64,000 nt of DNA from Terriglobia bacterium (GTDB lineage Bacteria; Acidobacteriota; Terriglobia; UBA7540): positions 121,762 to 185,761 of the forward strand of contig DATGFN010000015.1 of assembly GCA_035308965.1 (NCBI GenBank), in the 5' to 3' direction. How positions within the stretch are numbered: position 1 is the stretch's first letter; every line of letters begins with the position of its first letter. Made by a program: the position numbers and the translations under genes. The notes under the pieces were generated by a model that saw only the letters and a program-made list of their open reading frames with translations, did not search any database and was not told the origin of the DNA. This document shows, piece by piece, positions 39,021 through 48,119 of this stretch.

Positions 39021-40468
39021 TAATTTCCCGCCTTATTGGTCCCTTTTGAATTGCCAACTCCAAAGTCAGCCACTCCCACGCGTATGATAGTGTCTCTCGA
39101 TCGCTCCTGGGTGGCGGGCTTCTCCGGCCACACTCCATATACGCGCCCGCCCAGCGCTGCGATGCCCGTATAGTCGCCCATAAAAATGCCGCCCGGTTCA
39201 AAAGCTTCTTGAGTCCAGGCATAATTGGTGAAAGTTTTCCCTCCATCTGTCGAACGCGCCAACACCACTTTCGCTTTCCGGTTTCCCGGATCGTCGCGGC
39301 GGTCGTAAAAGATTACGTCCGCGTCGCCGCTGGTTGGATCAACGGCCAACCAGTGGAAGAAATGGTCTGCCCCGTTGTGAACCGCGTCGGAATTCACCCG
39401 CGCTTCTCGCGTCCAGGTGCGCCCGCGATCGATTGAGGTCGAACAGAAAACATCAACCTCCCCGTTCCGGTAGTCGCTCCATGTGACATAGAGCTTGCCC
39501 TTGCGCGGATCCATCGCCAGCACTGGAAATCCATTGGCTCGGGCCACGTCATCCACGTGGAACATGATGGGCGCGACCGGAATGATATTTTGAGGCGTCG
39601 AGAAATTGAGGCCGCCGTCGCGCGAAGAGGTGAAGACGATATGATCGCCTAAAGCCCAGACGGCATACAGAGTGCCGTCCGGCCCCACAACGCCGGAGAA
39701 GCCTTCCGCCGCGCCGTTATCGTCACGAGGCAGGCCACGTTTCTCGTCGATTTCAATGGGCGCTGACCAGGTCTTTCCATCATCGGTTGAGCGGGAGAGT
39801 AAGATTTGTGAATCCTCGATCGTCCACCGAGTCCAGCCCACATATAAATTGCCCGCGTGAGGTCCGCGGGAATTATCCGCGACAATATAAGGTTTGTCTT
39901 CGAAGGGCATGCCGGGCTTGGTTTCGTGCTCGATAATGGGGATGTGTTGCGATTCCCACGTCTTGCCACCATCCTGGGAGCGGCGCACGAATAACCCACT
40001 GCGCGAAGCGTTGTGAGCCCAATAATTGAACGTGCCCAATTTGTCAAACGCCATGTAACAGAGAATCGCGTGCCCTTGCTTGTCATAAGTCACGGAGACG
40101 TCGCCGGAAACCCGATAGTTCGAAGGTTCGGTTCCTGCGGCTATGTCCCAATGCTGACCTGCATCGAAAGAGTATGCGATGTGCGCATTATCCTGGTATG
40201 CGACGGCGACCTGTTGGGGATTGTGGGGGTTGATTGCGATGGAAGGTTCTGTGAACCAGCCGGGCTTGGGGGTGATGTCCATCACGCGGGCGCCCGGTGG
40301 AGTGGGCAGATTCTGCCCCGGAACAATTGAAGTGAGATTTGAGAGCATCCCAAGAAAACAGATGAAACCCAATACCACCCGCCGCCTGGGGTGCCGCGAG
40401 AAAGACTCTTGTTGTCGCTCGTGCAAGGTCATCGATCTGACTCCTTCCGTTCTCCGCCTTTGAGCCAA
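39020..40468 (-). CDS. BNR/Asp-box repeat protein (sialidase/GH33-like beta-propeller), secreted
   Basis: Five S-x-D-x-G-x-T-W/F Asp-box repeats (SQDGGKTW, STDDGKTW, SRDGGLNF, SIDRGRTW, STDGGKTF). Its stop overlaps the GH127 start by 1 nt. Confidence 0.75.
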   Translation of the reverse strand: MAQRRRTEGVRSMTLHERQQESFSRHPRRRVVLGFICFLGMLSNLTSIVPGQNLPTPPGARVMDITPKPGWFTEPSIAINPHNPQQVAVAYQDNAHIAYSFDAGQHWDIAAGTEPSNYRVSGDVSVTYDKQGHAILCYMAFDKLGTFNYWAHNASRSGLFVRRSQDGGKTWESQHIPIIEHETKPGMPFEDKPYIVADNSRGPHAGNLYVGWTRWTIEDSQILLSRSTDDGKTWSAPIEIDEKRGLPRDDNGAAEGFSGVVGPDGTLYAVWALGDHIVFTSSRDGGLNFSTPQNIIPVAPIMFHVDDVARANGFPVLAMDPRKGKLYVTWSDYRNGEVDVFCSTSIDRGRTWTREARVNSDAVHNGADHFFHWLAVDPTSGDADVIFYDRRDDPGNRKAKVVLARSTDGGKTFTNYAWTQEAFEPGGIFMGDYTGIAALGGRVYGVWPEKPATQERSRDTIIRVGVADFGVGNSKGTNKAGN

Positions 40469-40645
40469 GGGAGATCTTGCGCTGTTCGCGATGGTTTAAG
40501 TTCTAGGGGTGCTCCATCCCAAAGTCAAAGTCCATGTTTAAACCAGATTTCCGTCATAATGGAATCTTGAACCCCAAATAGTATGCTCAAATTGTGCTTG
40601 CCGAATACACTTCTTAATTTTGGTTAGAGTCCGAATTTGCATGAT

Positions 40646-40730
40646 TGGGAGCGCGGGCCGGGACCCCACGCAATGCTGTGGGGCTCGCCCGCAATCGCTT
40701 GATCATAAAAGAGCGGGCGAGACGCCCGCG
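40646..40730. repeat. GC-rich nested inverted-repeat structure (11-bp outer stem enclosing 6-bp and 9-bp hairpins)
   Basis: gggagcgcggg at 40646-56 pairs with cccgcgctccc at 40716-26. Inner hairpins are ccccac/gtgggg and ctcgcccgc/gcgggcgag. Read directly; it lies 27 bp outside the island's left terminal repeat. Confidence 0.5.
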
Positions 40731-40756
40731 CTCCCGGCCATCCAAATCCGGAAACT

Positions 40757-40791
40757 ACCGAAAATTCGGTAATGGGGTCTTATAGCTTGAA
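40757..40791. repeat. left terminal inverted repeat of the island
   Basis: ccgaaaattcggtaatGGGGTCTTATAGCTTGAA. Confidence 0.6.
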
Positions 40792-40839
40792 TAAGGTTTT
40801 ACTTCTTGCCATGATTAGAATGAGATGGCATCTAGAATG

Positions 40840-41016
40840 CTAGGGCTTTGGGCCTTTTCTGAACCCCTCTCCCAAATAGACGACTACAATTACCCAGACC
40901 ACTCCGCCGAGGACAGTAGAAATCCACCCACCGTGATCGATGAATGTGCTCTTAAAAGCGAATCTAGTAATCCCCGAGAGTATGAGCCACCAAAGTAAAC
41001 GATAATCCTCGTTCGT
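40840..41016 (-). CDS. small two-TM membrane protein (island cargo)
   Basis: MTNEDYRLLWWLILSGITRF...GGVVWVIVVVYLG. It starts 8 nt after the upstream gene's stop; the longer track ORF overlaps that gene. Confidence 0.3.
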   Translation of the reverse strand, partial: TNEDYRLLWWLILSGITRFAFKSTFIDHGGWISTVLGGVVWVIVVVYLGEGFRKGPKP

Positions 41017-41024
41017 CATCGGTC

Positions 41025-41486
41025 TTAAGGATGTTTCTTCCAAATTGAGACTAGTCCGATCAGGGCACCGATGATGCCTATTAGGGAAGCTAAAAAAGCG
41101 CCTAGCACCCCGATAACTTTCAGACGAAACTCCCAAATCTTTCGGCGCTCATCTTGAATTGCATGATAGAGCTTGAACTCAGAATGGTCGTCAAGGAATC
41201 TATTGCCCCATTGGTCATCGTGCCACTCCAAGCCCTCTACCCTGAGATGCAGTTTGCGCGCCCGCTTTGCCAGCTTGTTGGAGATTAGAGAATAAATAGC
41301 TCCGTCGTATTCGCTCATTTCAAATTCACGAGAGGCAAGGATCGCCTGTCGGGAATTCCAGTCCTTTGCAGCAGCTAAATCAGAATCAAAGGCCCTCTTA
41401 AGAACCGCTGCCTGTAGTGTGATAGCCCAGATTGGAAAGAATCTCTTAAAGCGTCCCAAGAGACGTAACTTTTTTGGCAAATCCAT
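41025..41486 (-). CDS. hypothetical protein with soluble N-domain and C-terminal TM anchor (island cargo)
   Basis: 153 aa with a C-terminal hydrophobic helix (VIGVLGAFLASLIGIIGALIGLVSIW). No recognisable family. Confidence 0.35.
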   Translation of the reverse strand: MDLPKKLRLLGRFKRFFPIWAITLQAAVLKRAFDSDLAAAKDWNSRQAILASREFEMSEYDGAIYSLISNKLAKRARKLHLRVEGLEWHDDQWGNRFLDDHSEFKLYHAIQDERRKIWEFRLKVIGVLGAFLASLIGIIGALIGLVSIWKKHP

Positions 41487-41541
41487 AATTTCACCGTATG
41501 TATTTCAGTTTACACTTGAACGTCTTGCTCTTCGGGTTATA

Positions 41542-41733
41542 ATGGCAGCGATGGAGCGGATATACAATTGTATTGCGTGCCACAAGGCGTTCAAGGTGAC
41601 GGGAATTAAGGAGCGCTCAGACGAGCCAGAGAAGCCGGACGTGCCGCTGAATGTTGTATGTCCATTTTGCGAAACCGCCAATGTAATTACTTGGCCCCAA
41701 GGGTCGAAGTACATTGTTGGTTTGCCGGGCTAA
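41542..41733 (+). CDS. small Cys4 zinc-ribbon protein (island cargo)
   Basis: MAAMERIYNCIACHKAF...VVCPFCETANV gives a CxxC...CxxC arrangement in 63 aa. Its stop is 2 nt before the next gene's ATG. Confidence 0.4.
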   Translation: MAAMERIYNCIACHKAFKVTGIKERSDEPEKPDVPLNVVCPFCETANVITWPQGSKYIVGLPG

Positions 41734-41735
41734 TT

Positions 41736-42047
41736 ATGCCACTTAACAAGGGCCAAGAGGTACAGATAATCAAGCCTGCCATTTACGGCACGGTTGGTGG
41801 ATTACGTGATCCCGACGAGAAGGATGAAATATACATCGTCACAATTAGCCAACAGACGGTCTATTGCCGACCTTCTGATGTAGAGGCTGTACAAGGCAGC
41901 CCAAAGCCGCAACCAACGATTGATTCAGAGTGGGCGAGATTGCTCGAAGCAGCAATCAAGTGGCGCGAGGACCCCCAGAATCCAGATCGAGAGAAAGAGT
42001 TGCGGGATTCAATGGAGAGAGTTGGTATTCTTCGCGGACCTATCTGA
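41736..42047 (+). CDS. hypothetical protein (island cargo)
   Basis: 103-aa ORF that appears translationally coupled to the zinc-ribbon ORF. No recognisable motif. Confidence 0.35.
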   Translation: MPLNKGQEVQIIKPAIYGTVGGLRDPDEKDEIYIVTISQQTVYCRPSDVEAVQGSPKPQPTIDSEWARLLEAAIKWREDPQNPDREKELRDSMERVGILRGPI

Positions 42048-42109
42048 AATGTTTCCTGGTGTCGTTTGACCCATCTATTTAATCTTCTCGGAGGAGAAGG
42101 GAACCAGCG

Positions 42110-42256
42110 ATGCTCCAGCTTAAACAAGAACTCGACAGTCTTAATCGCCTTTACGTGCAACGCATGATTGATAATTCTCAAAACGAGGAAAACCTACAGA
42201 GGTTGCGGGACGCGATTAACTCTATCGAACTACGAATAAAGAACGGTTCGGTGTAA
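42110..42256 (+). CDS. small coiled-coil protein of 48 aa (not in ORF track)
   Basis: Strong RBS ggaggagaagggaa lies 6 nt before the ATG at 42110. The protein MLQLKQELDSLNRLYVQRMIDNSQNEENLQRLRDAINSIELRIKNGSV is heptad-like. Confidence 0.3.
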   Translation: MLQLKQELDSLNRLYVQRMIDNSQNEENLQRLRDAINSIELRIKNGSV

Positions 42257-42418
42257 CCGCTCGGCGCCCTAACCCGCATTTTGAGACCCGCCTTCCCTGC
42301 GCGTCTCTCCCTCGGGCCGTGGCTAAAATCCACGATAAGGGAGAGGACTTAGAAATGTCAACAAAAAAAGGTCGCTTGCTTAACATCGATGCTACGAACA
42401 AACACGCAACAACTCTGT

Positions 42419-42634
42419 TTACGATTTCCCGAGGGCTTCGAGAATCTCCTTCACCGTATCGACTTGCAAAGCCACGGGGTCGATCTGGACGCCCAAAATC
42501 GTACGGCAAGAAGGGCACAGATAGCTTATCCCATTCCAACGGCCATTCAGTATCTTCTCAATGCTGATGGCTTCAACCTCGACGTGGGGTATCACGTCCT
42601 GGCAGTTTGGACACTTTCCAGTTGGAAAAGTCAT
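42419..42634 (-). CDS. small Cys4 zinc-ribbon protein (island cargo)
   Basis: GKCPNCQDV...YLCPSCRTIL gives CxxC...CxxC in 71 aa. Confidence 0.35.
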   Translation of the reverse strand: MTFPTGKCPNCQDVIPHVEVEAISIEKILNGRWNGISYLCPSCRTILGVQIDPVALQVDTVKEILEALGKS

Positions 42635-42697
42635 GAATATCTCCTTATGTGACGGGCGGGGATTGTATCGCTTACCCTCGCCCGTTGGAAGATAATT

Positions 42698-43663
42698 TCA
42701 TGCGGCCAGGGATACGGCTTGGCCCACTGATAGGAGTTCTTCAATCTCCCAAACGTGGTCTGTAACTCCTGCGGCCATTGCGGGCGTCACACGCAATGAG
42801 CCGTGGACGCGCACGAAATTGTAGTGGCTGAAATAAATCCACAGGGCCGCCGTTAGATTCTCGATCCGCTTTGAAAAGGCGTTAGTGAGCCTAGTCAACC
42901 GCCGCATGAATGTCCGACAGTTAAGGTTATTACGCTCTGCGTAACTCGTACTGATGTTTTCTAGCTCGGGCCGGCCCGAAACGGGTCTTGGTCGTGCCCC
43001 CGTAAGCTCCATGTACCCCTCATGCTCCGCATAACTCTTAATCAACATCCCGTAATCGGCTTCGGAGCCGAATGCCCGCTCCACTCCCCAAATATAGCTG
43101 CGTAGGCCGTCCGTGCTGATGTGCGGTCGCACTGCCAGACGTGAAGCTAGGTCTGTCATAAGTTGTTGTGCCGCTCTCAGGCCACGGTCGGGACTCACTA
43201 CAAAGTTGGGAACCAGCTTAGTGTCCGCATCGGTGACGAGGAATACCCAAGTATCCCCAAGGTGGTGGCCGTTGTGCTTATCCTCAAAGGTGCAGTTCTG
43301 TTCTTTCTTTCCGGTAAAGCACCATATCTCGTCGGCCTGGTAGTAGCGTGAGTGCAGATTCACGATTCGTTCATCCATGACGCGCTGGCATCGCTCGGCG
43401 GCGTGGAGCATGATGCGGGTAACGGTTTTCTTCTCCACGCCTACCAGCCGGGATGTGGCGCGGATCGAGACGCCTTCCACAAGGCAGTTGACGATCTGGA
43501 CGATTTTCTCCGGCGCGAGTTTCAGGCCGGAATAGCCGGTGAAGCGGCGTTCGGAAAAGAAGCGGTCACAATTCATGCAACGGTAAATCGTGTTGCAGGC
43601 GTGTCCGTTTGTTTGATGAGTTTTATAGCTTTCTAACTGACAGAACGGGCAATGAATTTGCAT
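42698..43663 (-). CDS. IS1-family (IS1/IS1595 superfamily) transposase, fused InsA-InsB type
   Basis: N-terminal zinc finger (CPFCQ...YRCMNCDRFF) and a DDE region with an IS1-like TDG..Y block (HISTDGLRSYIW). The C-terminus reads YNFVRVHGSLRVTPAMAAGVTDHVWEIEEL. Short inverted repeats flank it (tgacgggcgggg near 42650, ccccgccgtca near 43753). Confidence 0.65.
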   Translation of the reverse strand: MQIHCPFCQLESYKTHQTNGHACNTIYRCMNCDRFFSERRFTGYSGLKLAPEKIVQIVNCLVEGVSIRATSRLVGVEKKTVTRIMLHAAERCQRVMDERIVNLHSRYYQADEIWCFTGKKEQNCTFEDKHNGHHLGDTWVFLVTDADTKLVPNFVVSPDRGLRAAQQLMTDLASRLAVRPHISTDGLRSYIWGVERAFGSEADYGMLIKSYAEHEGYMELTGARPRPVSGRPELENISTSYAERNNLNCRTFMRRLTRLTNAFSKRIENLTAALWIYFSHYNFVRVHGSLRVTPAMAAGVTDHVWEIEELLSVGQAVSLAA

Positions 43664-43910
43664 GGGCTTCTCCTTGACTTTCGTCGCGGGAAGCCCAACA
43701 ATTTGGTTTGAGAGTCTAGGTGCGGGCTTCGTCCGCGCTTGGATTTAGCCCCGCCGTCAGTTAGCGCTGGCGACGGGGTTCTTGCTTTAAGCCTCCTTTC
43801 TTTGGTGGTTCTCTCGCTTTCTTCATACCGCCAACCATACATTACCGCTCAAGTATAAGTCAAGTCTTTTTTGCTTGCATTTTCTTGTACGGTCAAGTAT
43901 CATGTGAATT

Positions 43911-44087
43911 ATGAAGAAGCGGAAGAATCCGCACGCTCAAGCGTTAGGTCGCCTTGGCGGGCTCAAAGGCGGAAAGGCACGCGCCAAACTTCTTAGCCCC
44001 GAGAGGCGAACAGAGATCGCAAGGAACGCGGTCTTGGCACGATGGGGAAAGGTTAATAAAGATAGTGGTCGTCATGAAGCTTCCTGA
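43911..44087 (+). CDS. small basic protein of 58 aa with KGG-type motif (not in ORF track)
   Basis: MKKRKNPHAQALGRLGGLKGGKARAKLLSPERRTEIARNAVLARWGKV... Convergent with, and overlapping by about 35 nt, the 3' end of the HslV-like gene. Confidence 0.4.
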   Translation: MKKRKNPHAQALGRLGGLKGGKARAKLLSPERRTEIARNAVLARWGKVNKDSGRHEAS

Positions 44088-44841
44088 GTTCAGCCCGCAT
44101 CCTGGTCCATTTTCTTACGGTTTCCTTAAGCATGTCACCAAGGACATGCTCTGACTCGAATTCATCTAACTCCGCTGGAAGCATGAAGTCTTTAAAGTCT
44201 GCCGTGAAAGCATCAAAGTATTCTTCTACCTTCTTAATGTAGTGTTGCCTGAATCGAACCCTTCTGCCGTCGATTTGAATCCCAATAACTTCGGTGTCCC
44301 CTCCACAGTTTTGATCAAACTTTTTGGCTTGATGTATTCCGTACATGGCAAAGCACTCAGCTTCGATATGTGAGATCATCGGTGAGAAAATACCAGTGGC
44401 AAAGGCATTCGCCACTGGCGACCCTATCCCAATAAACTCGTAGGAGTGGACTTGGAGCGTAGTTCCTCGGGTGGTTTTTAGAAGCCGCATCTTCTTTTCT
44501 TTGGGTTCGCAAGCGGCAATTAAGAGGTCGTATTCAGGTTTGTCTTCCGCTTTACCGGGATGCTTGAACACATGCTTCCTATGGAATTTAAGGTTCTCGT
44601 CCTCGACAACTCTGGCAAGGTCGTCCAATGACGCAGCCCCCGGCAGGGAGCTATCAATCTTTTGGGCGATTGTTTTGATGAAGTCGCTGTCCCCTGCGCC
44701 GGCAATACTAACGGTTATCGAATCTCGATGATCCAGGTCGAAGAGTTTAGTTTTGTAGATTGGAATCCCGCCTGTAATGTGCAGGGTGTCGGCTGCCAGA
44801 ACGACACTCTCTTCCTGAAGGACGCCAGCGGCGATGGTCAT
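44053..44841 (-). CDS. HslV/proteasome beta-like Ntn-hydrolase peptidase with about 80-aa C-terminal helical extension (island cargo)
   Basis: Assuming the ATG at 44841 (RBS GGGAAAGG upstream), the mature N-terminus is TIAAGVLQEESVVLAADT, matching the HslV TTIV...V(V/I)AgD pattern with Thr1. IAGAGDSDF matches the AGxAGxxADaF block, and IGIGSPVANAF matches the GSGG.yA block. Confidence 0.55.
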   Translation of the reverse strand: MTIAAGVLQEESVVLAADTLHITGGIPIYKTKLFDLDHRDSITVSIAGAGDSDFIKTIAQKIDSSLPGAASLDDLARVVEDENLKFHRKHVFKHPGKAEDKPEYDLLIAACEPKEKKMRLLKTTRGTTLQVHSYEFIGIGSPVANAFATGIFSPMISHIEAECFAMYGIHQAKKFDQNCGGDTEVIGIQIDGRRVRFRQHYIKKVEEYFDAFTADFKDFMLPAELDEFESEHVLGDMLKETVRKWTRMRAELRKLHDDHYLY

Positions 44842-44993
44842 TTTCGCCTTTCCCTGCCTCTTGGGTGATGGACGGGGAGGATACTTCGGCCATCCGTGGA
44901 AGTCAAAGGTTCGTCGTCGAATTGGAATCGTCTGGATCGTCGCCATAAGGGTGTTATTCTCGGTCAGGGTTGGCTAAAATTCCTATTTTGAGT

Positions 44994-45027
44994 TTCAAGC
45001 TATAAGACCCCACGACCGAAAATTCCT
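44994..45027. repeat. right terminal inverted repeat of the island
   Basis: TTCAAGCTATAAGACCCCacgaccgaaaattcc. Confidence 0.6.
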
Positions 45028-45161
45028 CTAACTTGTGGATGTATACAACTTGGGATACGATGGCGCTTTAGCCTACTCAAGCATCGGCATGCGCCATTTG
45101 ATCACTGCCCTTGGCAGATTATTTCGTCCTCTGAAAGGAGCCATGGAATCCAGTGGGATTA

Positions 45162-46082
45162 ATGCGCAGTTTTTTCCTGGCCTGCTCACAAAGTAAATCA
45201 TTGCGCGAGCGCGCAACACGCTACGGCTTTGTGCGCCGCGCCGTTTCACGATTCATGCCCGGTGAATCCGTTTCCGATGCCCTGGCAGCCGCAGTTACAC
45301 TTCGCGACCAGTCGATCGGGACGGTTTTTACCCTTCTCGGTGAAAACATTTCCGATTCGGCAGAGGCTGGCCGCGTTACTGACCACTATGTGGACGTATT
45401 GCGGCGCATCCGCGAAATGGGGTTGGGAACAGAAGTTTCCGTCAAGCTTACACAATTGGGCCTGGACCTGGGTCCTGATCTCTGCTATGCCAACGTCAAA
45501 AAGATCATTGAAGCCGCGGGTTCGGAAAGCGTTGTCTGGCTCGACATGGAAGCCAGCAACTATGTTGACGCCACGCTTGAATTGTATCGCCGCGCCCGCC
45601 ATGACTTTCCGAATGTCGGAGTCTGCCTTCAGGCTTACCTCTATCGGACCGCGGATGACGTAGCCGGCCTGATACCCCTCGGGCCTGCCATCCGCCTGGT
45701 GAAAGGCGCGTATAAAGAGCCCCCCAAGATCGCCTTCCCTCACAAGAAAGACGTCGACGAGAACTACTTCGCCATTGCGAAACAGATGCTCTCGGAGGAT
45801 GCGCGTTCGCGCGGAATGCGCGCCGCGTTTGCCACTCACGATTGTAAACTGATCCGGAGGATCGTCGAGTACGCAGAGGCATTGAAGCTTGGCAAAGACG
45901 GATTTGAATTCCAAATGCTTTACGGGATTCAGCGGGAAGAACAGAACAGGCTGGCCCGCGAAGGGTGGAAATCCATAGTACTGGTTTCTTACGGGAGCTA
46001 TTGGTTTCCATGGTATATGAGGCGGCTGGCGGAACGTCCGGCTAACATCTGGTTTGTGGTGCGCAACCTCTTCGCCACATAG
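45162..46082 (+). CDS. proline dehydrogenase (monofunctional PRODH)
   Basis: The N-terminus (FLACSQSKSL...AVSRFMPGESVSDALAA) aligns with the bacterial PutB/PRODH start. LVKGAYKEP and a TIM-barrel layout are present. Start taken at the ATG at 45162. Confidence 0.8.
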   Translation: MRSFFLACSQSKSLRERATRYGFVRRAVSRFMPGESVSDALAAAVTLRDQSIGTVFTLLGENISDSAEAGRVTDHYVDVLRRIREMGLGTEVSVKLTQLGLDLGPDLCYANVKKIIEAAGSESVVWLDMEASNYVDATLELYRRARHDFPNVGVCLQAYLYRTADDVAGLIPLGPAIRLVKGAYKEPPKIAFPHKKDVDENYFAIAKQMLSEDARSRGMRAAFATHDCKLIRRIVEYAEALKLGKDGFEFQMLYGIQREEQNRLAREGWKSIVLVSYGSYWFPWYMRRLAERPANIWFVVRNLFAT

Positions 46083-46172
46083 ATTCGTCGGCAGAGGGCA
46101 GAGAATGTTCATGCACCTGCGGGGCTACTTCATCCAGCAGTCCAAATAATCGTTCTTGAGGAGGCATCATCC

Positions 46173-48119
46173 ATGCGCTCATCGCGTCGCGTGACTCGAA
46201 GGCAGTTTGTGACCAGCGCCGGTGCGGTGACGGGAGCGCTGTTCATGCACGCCCCCGGGGCAGCAGGCCAGGATCCTGTCGTTGACGCGTTTCCAGTTAA
46301 GGGGAAAACCGAAAGCCGGGAGCGAATCTCCTGGCAAGTGGAGCCGTTTTCCTTAAAACAGGTGCGCTTGCTGGATAGTCCTTTTAAGGACGCCATGGAG
46401 ATAAACAATAAGTGGCTGGTTTCGCTTCCCTCCGAGCGGCTTCTCCATTCCTTTCGCATCACAGCAGGATTGTCTTCATCAGCGGAGCCGCTGGGCGGTT
46501 GGGAAAAGCCCGATTGCGAGCTGAGAGGTCATTTTGCCGGCGGCCATTTTCTTTCCGGCTGTGCGCTGGCACATGCGGCTACGGGCGACGAGGAAATCAA
46601 ATCCAAGGCCAACAACCTGGTGGCCGAATTGGCGAAGTGCCAGGAGTCGTTGAAAAGCGGGTACCTGAGCGCGTTTCCCGAAGAGGAATTCGACCGTCTG
46701 CGCGAACAGAGGCGGGTTTGGGCGCCCTATTACACCTATCACAAGATTTTCGCCGGACTGCTCGACATGTACGTCTACTGCGGCAATCAGCAGGCTCTGG
46801 ACATGGCGGAAAAAATGGCAGGCTGGGTGGACCATTGGTTGGAGAGTATCAGCGACGAACACTTGCAGCGAATCCTGCAAACCGAATACGGCGGCATGAT
46901 GGAGGGCCTTTGCAACCTGGCTGCCGTGACGGGCAAGCGGCAGTATCTGCATCTGGCCGGCCGGTTCGAAAAGAAAATGTTTTTTGATCCCCTCGCCGCT
47001 CATCGCGATGAGCTGAAGGGCATCCATGCGAATACCCACATTCCCCAGGTCATCGGCGCGGCCCGGCTCTACGAGCTCACCGGCAACACACGCTACCGTG
47101 ACATTGCTTCATATTTCTGGAATGAAGTGACCAGTGAGCGCGCTTACTGTACCGGCGGCACGAGCAACGGGGAATCATGGAACACGGATCCCGGCAAACT
47201 GGCGGATCAACTGGGAAAGCACACCGAGGAATGTTGCTGCGCCTACAATATGCTGAAACTTACTCGCCACATCTTCGGCTGGAGCGCGGACGCACGCGCC
47301 ATGGATTATTACTAGCGAACGCTTTACAACCATCGCCTGGGCACACAGGACGCGACAGGACTCAAGAGTTACTACTTGCCCCTCGGCTCGGGCTTCTGGA
47401 AATACTATAACTCGCCGCTGGATTCGTTCTGGTGCTGCACGGGCACGGGCGTGGAGGAATTCGCCAAATTCGCGGACTCTATTTATTTTCACGATGACGG
47501 CGGGATTTTCGTAAACCTCTTCATTCCCTCCGAGCTTAATTGGGCGGAAAAGGGCGTCCACCTGCGCCAGGAAACCAAATTCCCCGAACATGAAGGAACG
47601 AGTCTGACCATACACAGTGACCGCCCCGTGGAGATGACACTCAACATCAGGGTGCCTTACTGGGCCACGCGCGGCGGCGCGGTTAAACTGAATGGCGCTG
47701 CGCTGCCGGCTTTTTCCAGTCCATCGAGCTATCTTTCTATCTATCGAACCTGGAAGGATGGCGACAAAGTTGAAGTGAGCCTGCCCATGAGCCTTCACAT
47801 TCACCCCATGCCGGACGATCCCACCCTCCAGGCCATGATGTATGGCCCTTTGGTGCTGGCCGCGCGTTTGGGTGACAAAGGCTTGACCGATGCGTTGACC
47901 TATCCGAAGTATGACACCGCTCCGGCCGGCGAGCAGATTCCGGTGTCAGCCGTCATCAACCCATCAAAAGTTGCCACCGGCTGGGCGGAACCGGTGGCCG
48001 GCACACCTCTCAATTTCCGTACCACCGGACAGGATGAGGCCATGAACTTCATCCCGCTATACAAGGTGTCAGGAGAGCGCTATGCCGTCTATTTGAAGGT
48101 AGGCGCCAAGGCGCTTTAA
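46173..48119 (+). pseudogene. GH127 (DUF1680) glycoside hydrolase gene interrupted by an in-frame TAG at 47313-47315
   Basis: Tat-type signal (RRQFVTSAGAVTGAL). The two track ORFs 46173..47315 and 47376..48119 share one frame. Sequence reads ...AMDYY-TAG-RTLYNHRLG, where GH127 proteins have a conserved YERxLYN block, so a single GAG to TAG change explains the stop. Confidence 0.6.

Larger units (their letters stand above)
40757..45027. mobile_element. about 4.3-kb low-GC transposon-like island bounded by imperfect terminal inverted repeats (18-bp perfect core), carrying an IS1-like transposase and cargo genes
   Basis: GGGGTCTTATAGCTTGAA at 40774-40791 and its exact reverse complement TTCAAGCTATAAGACCCC at 44994-45011, each flanked by accgaaaattc (about 28 of 32 positions match). 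The interior is visibly AT-richer and contains a transposase. Confidence 0.55.

Noticed and set aside
45131-45161. Strong RBS aaaggag plus ATG at 45143 as the proline dehydrogenase start
   Set aside because: That ATG is out of frame with the PRODH ORF and hits a stop after 17 codons. The in-frame ATG at 45162 yields an N-terminus that aligns with bacterial PRODH (M..FLxxSQxK).
47313-47315. Programmed readthrough or a non-standard amino acid at the in-frame TAG of the GH127 gene (and at the TGA of the recombinase)
   Set aside because: Many genes in the window terminate with TAG and TGA at positions consistent with full-length homolog lengths. No SECIS-like or PYLIS-like element or pyl/sel genes are evident. 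A point mutation (GAG to TAG, CGA to TGA) explains both cases.
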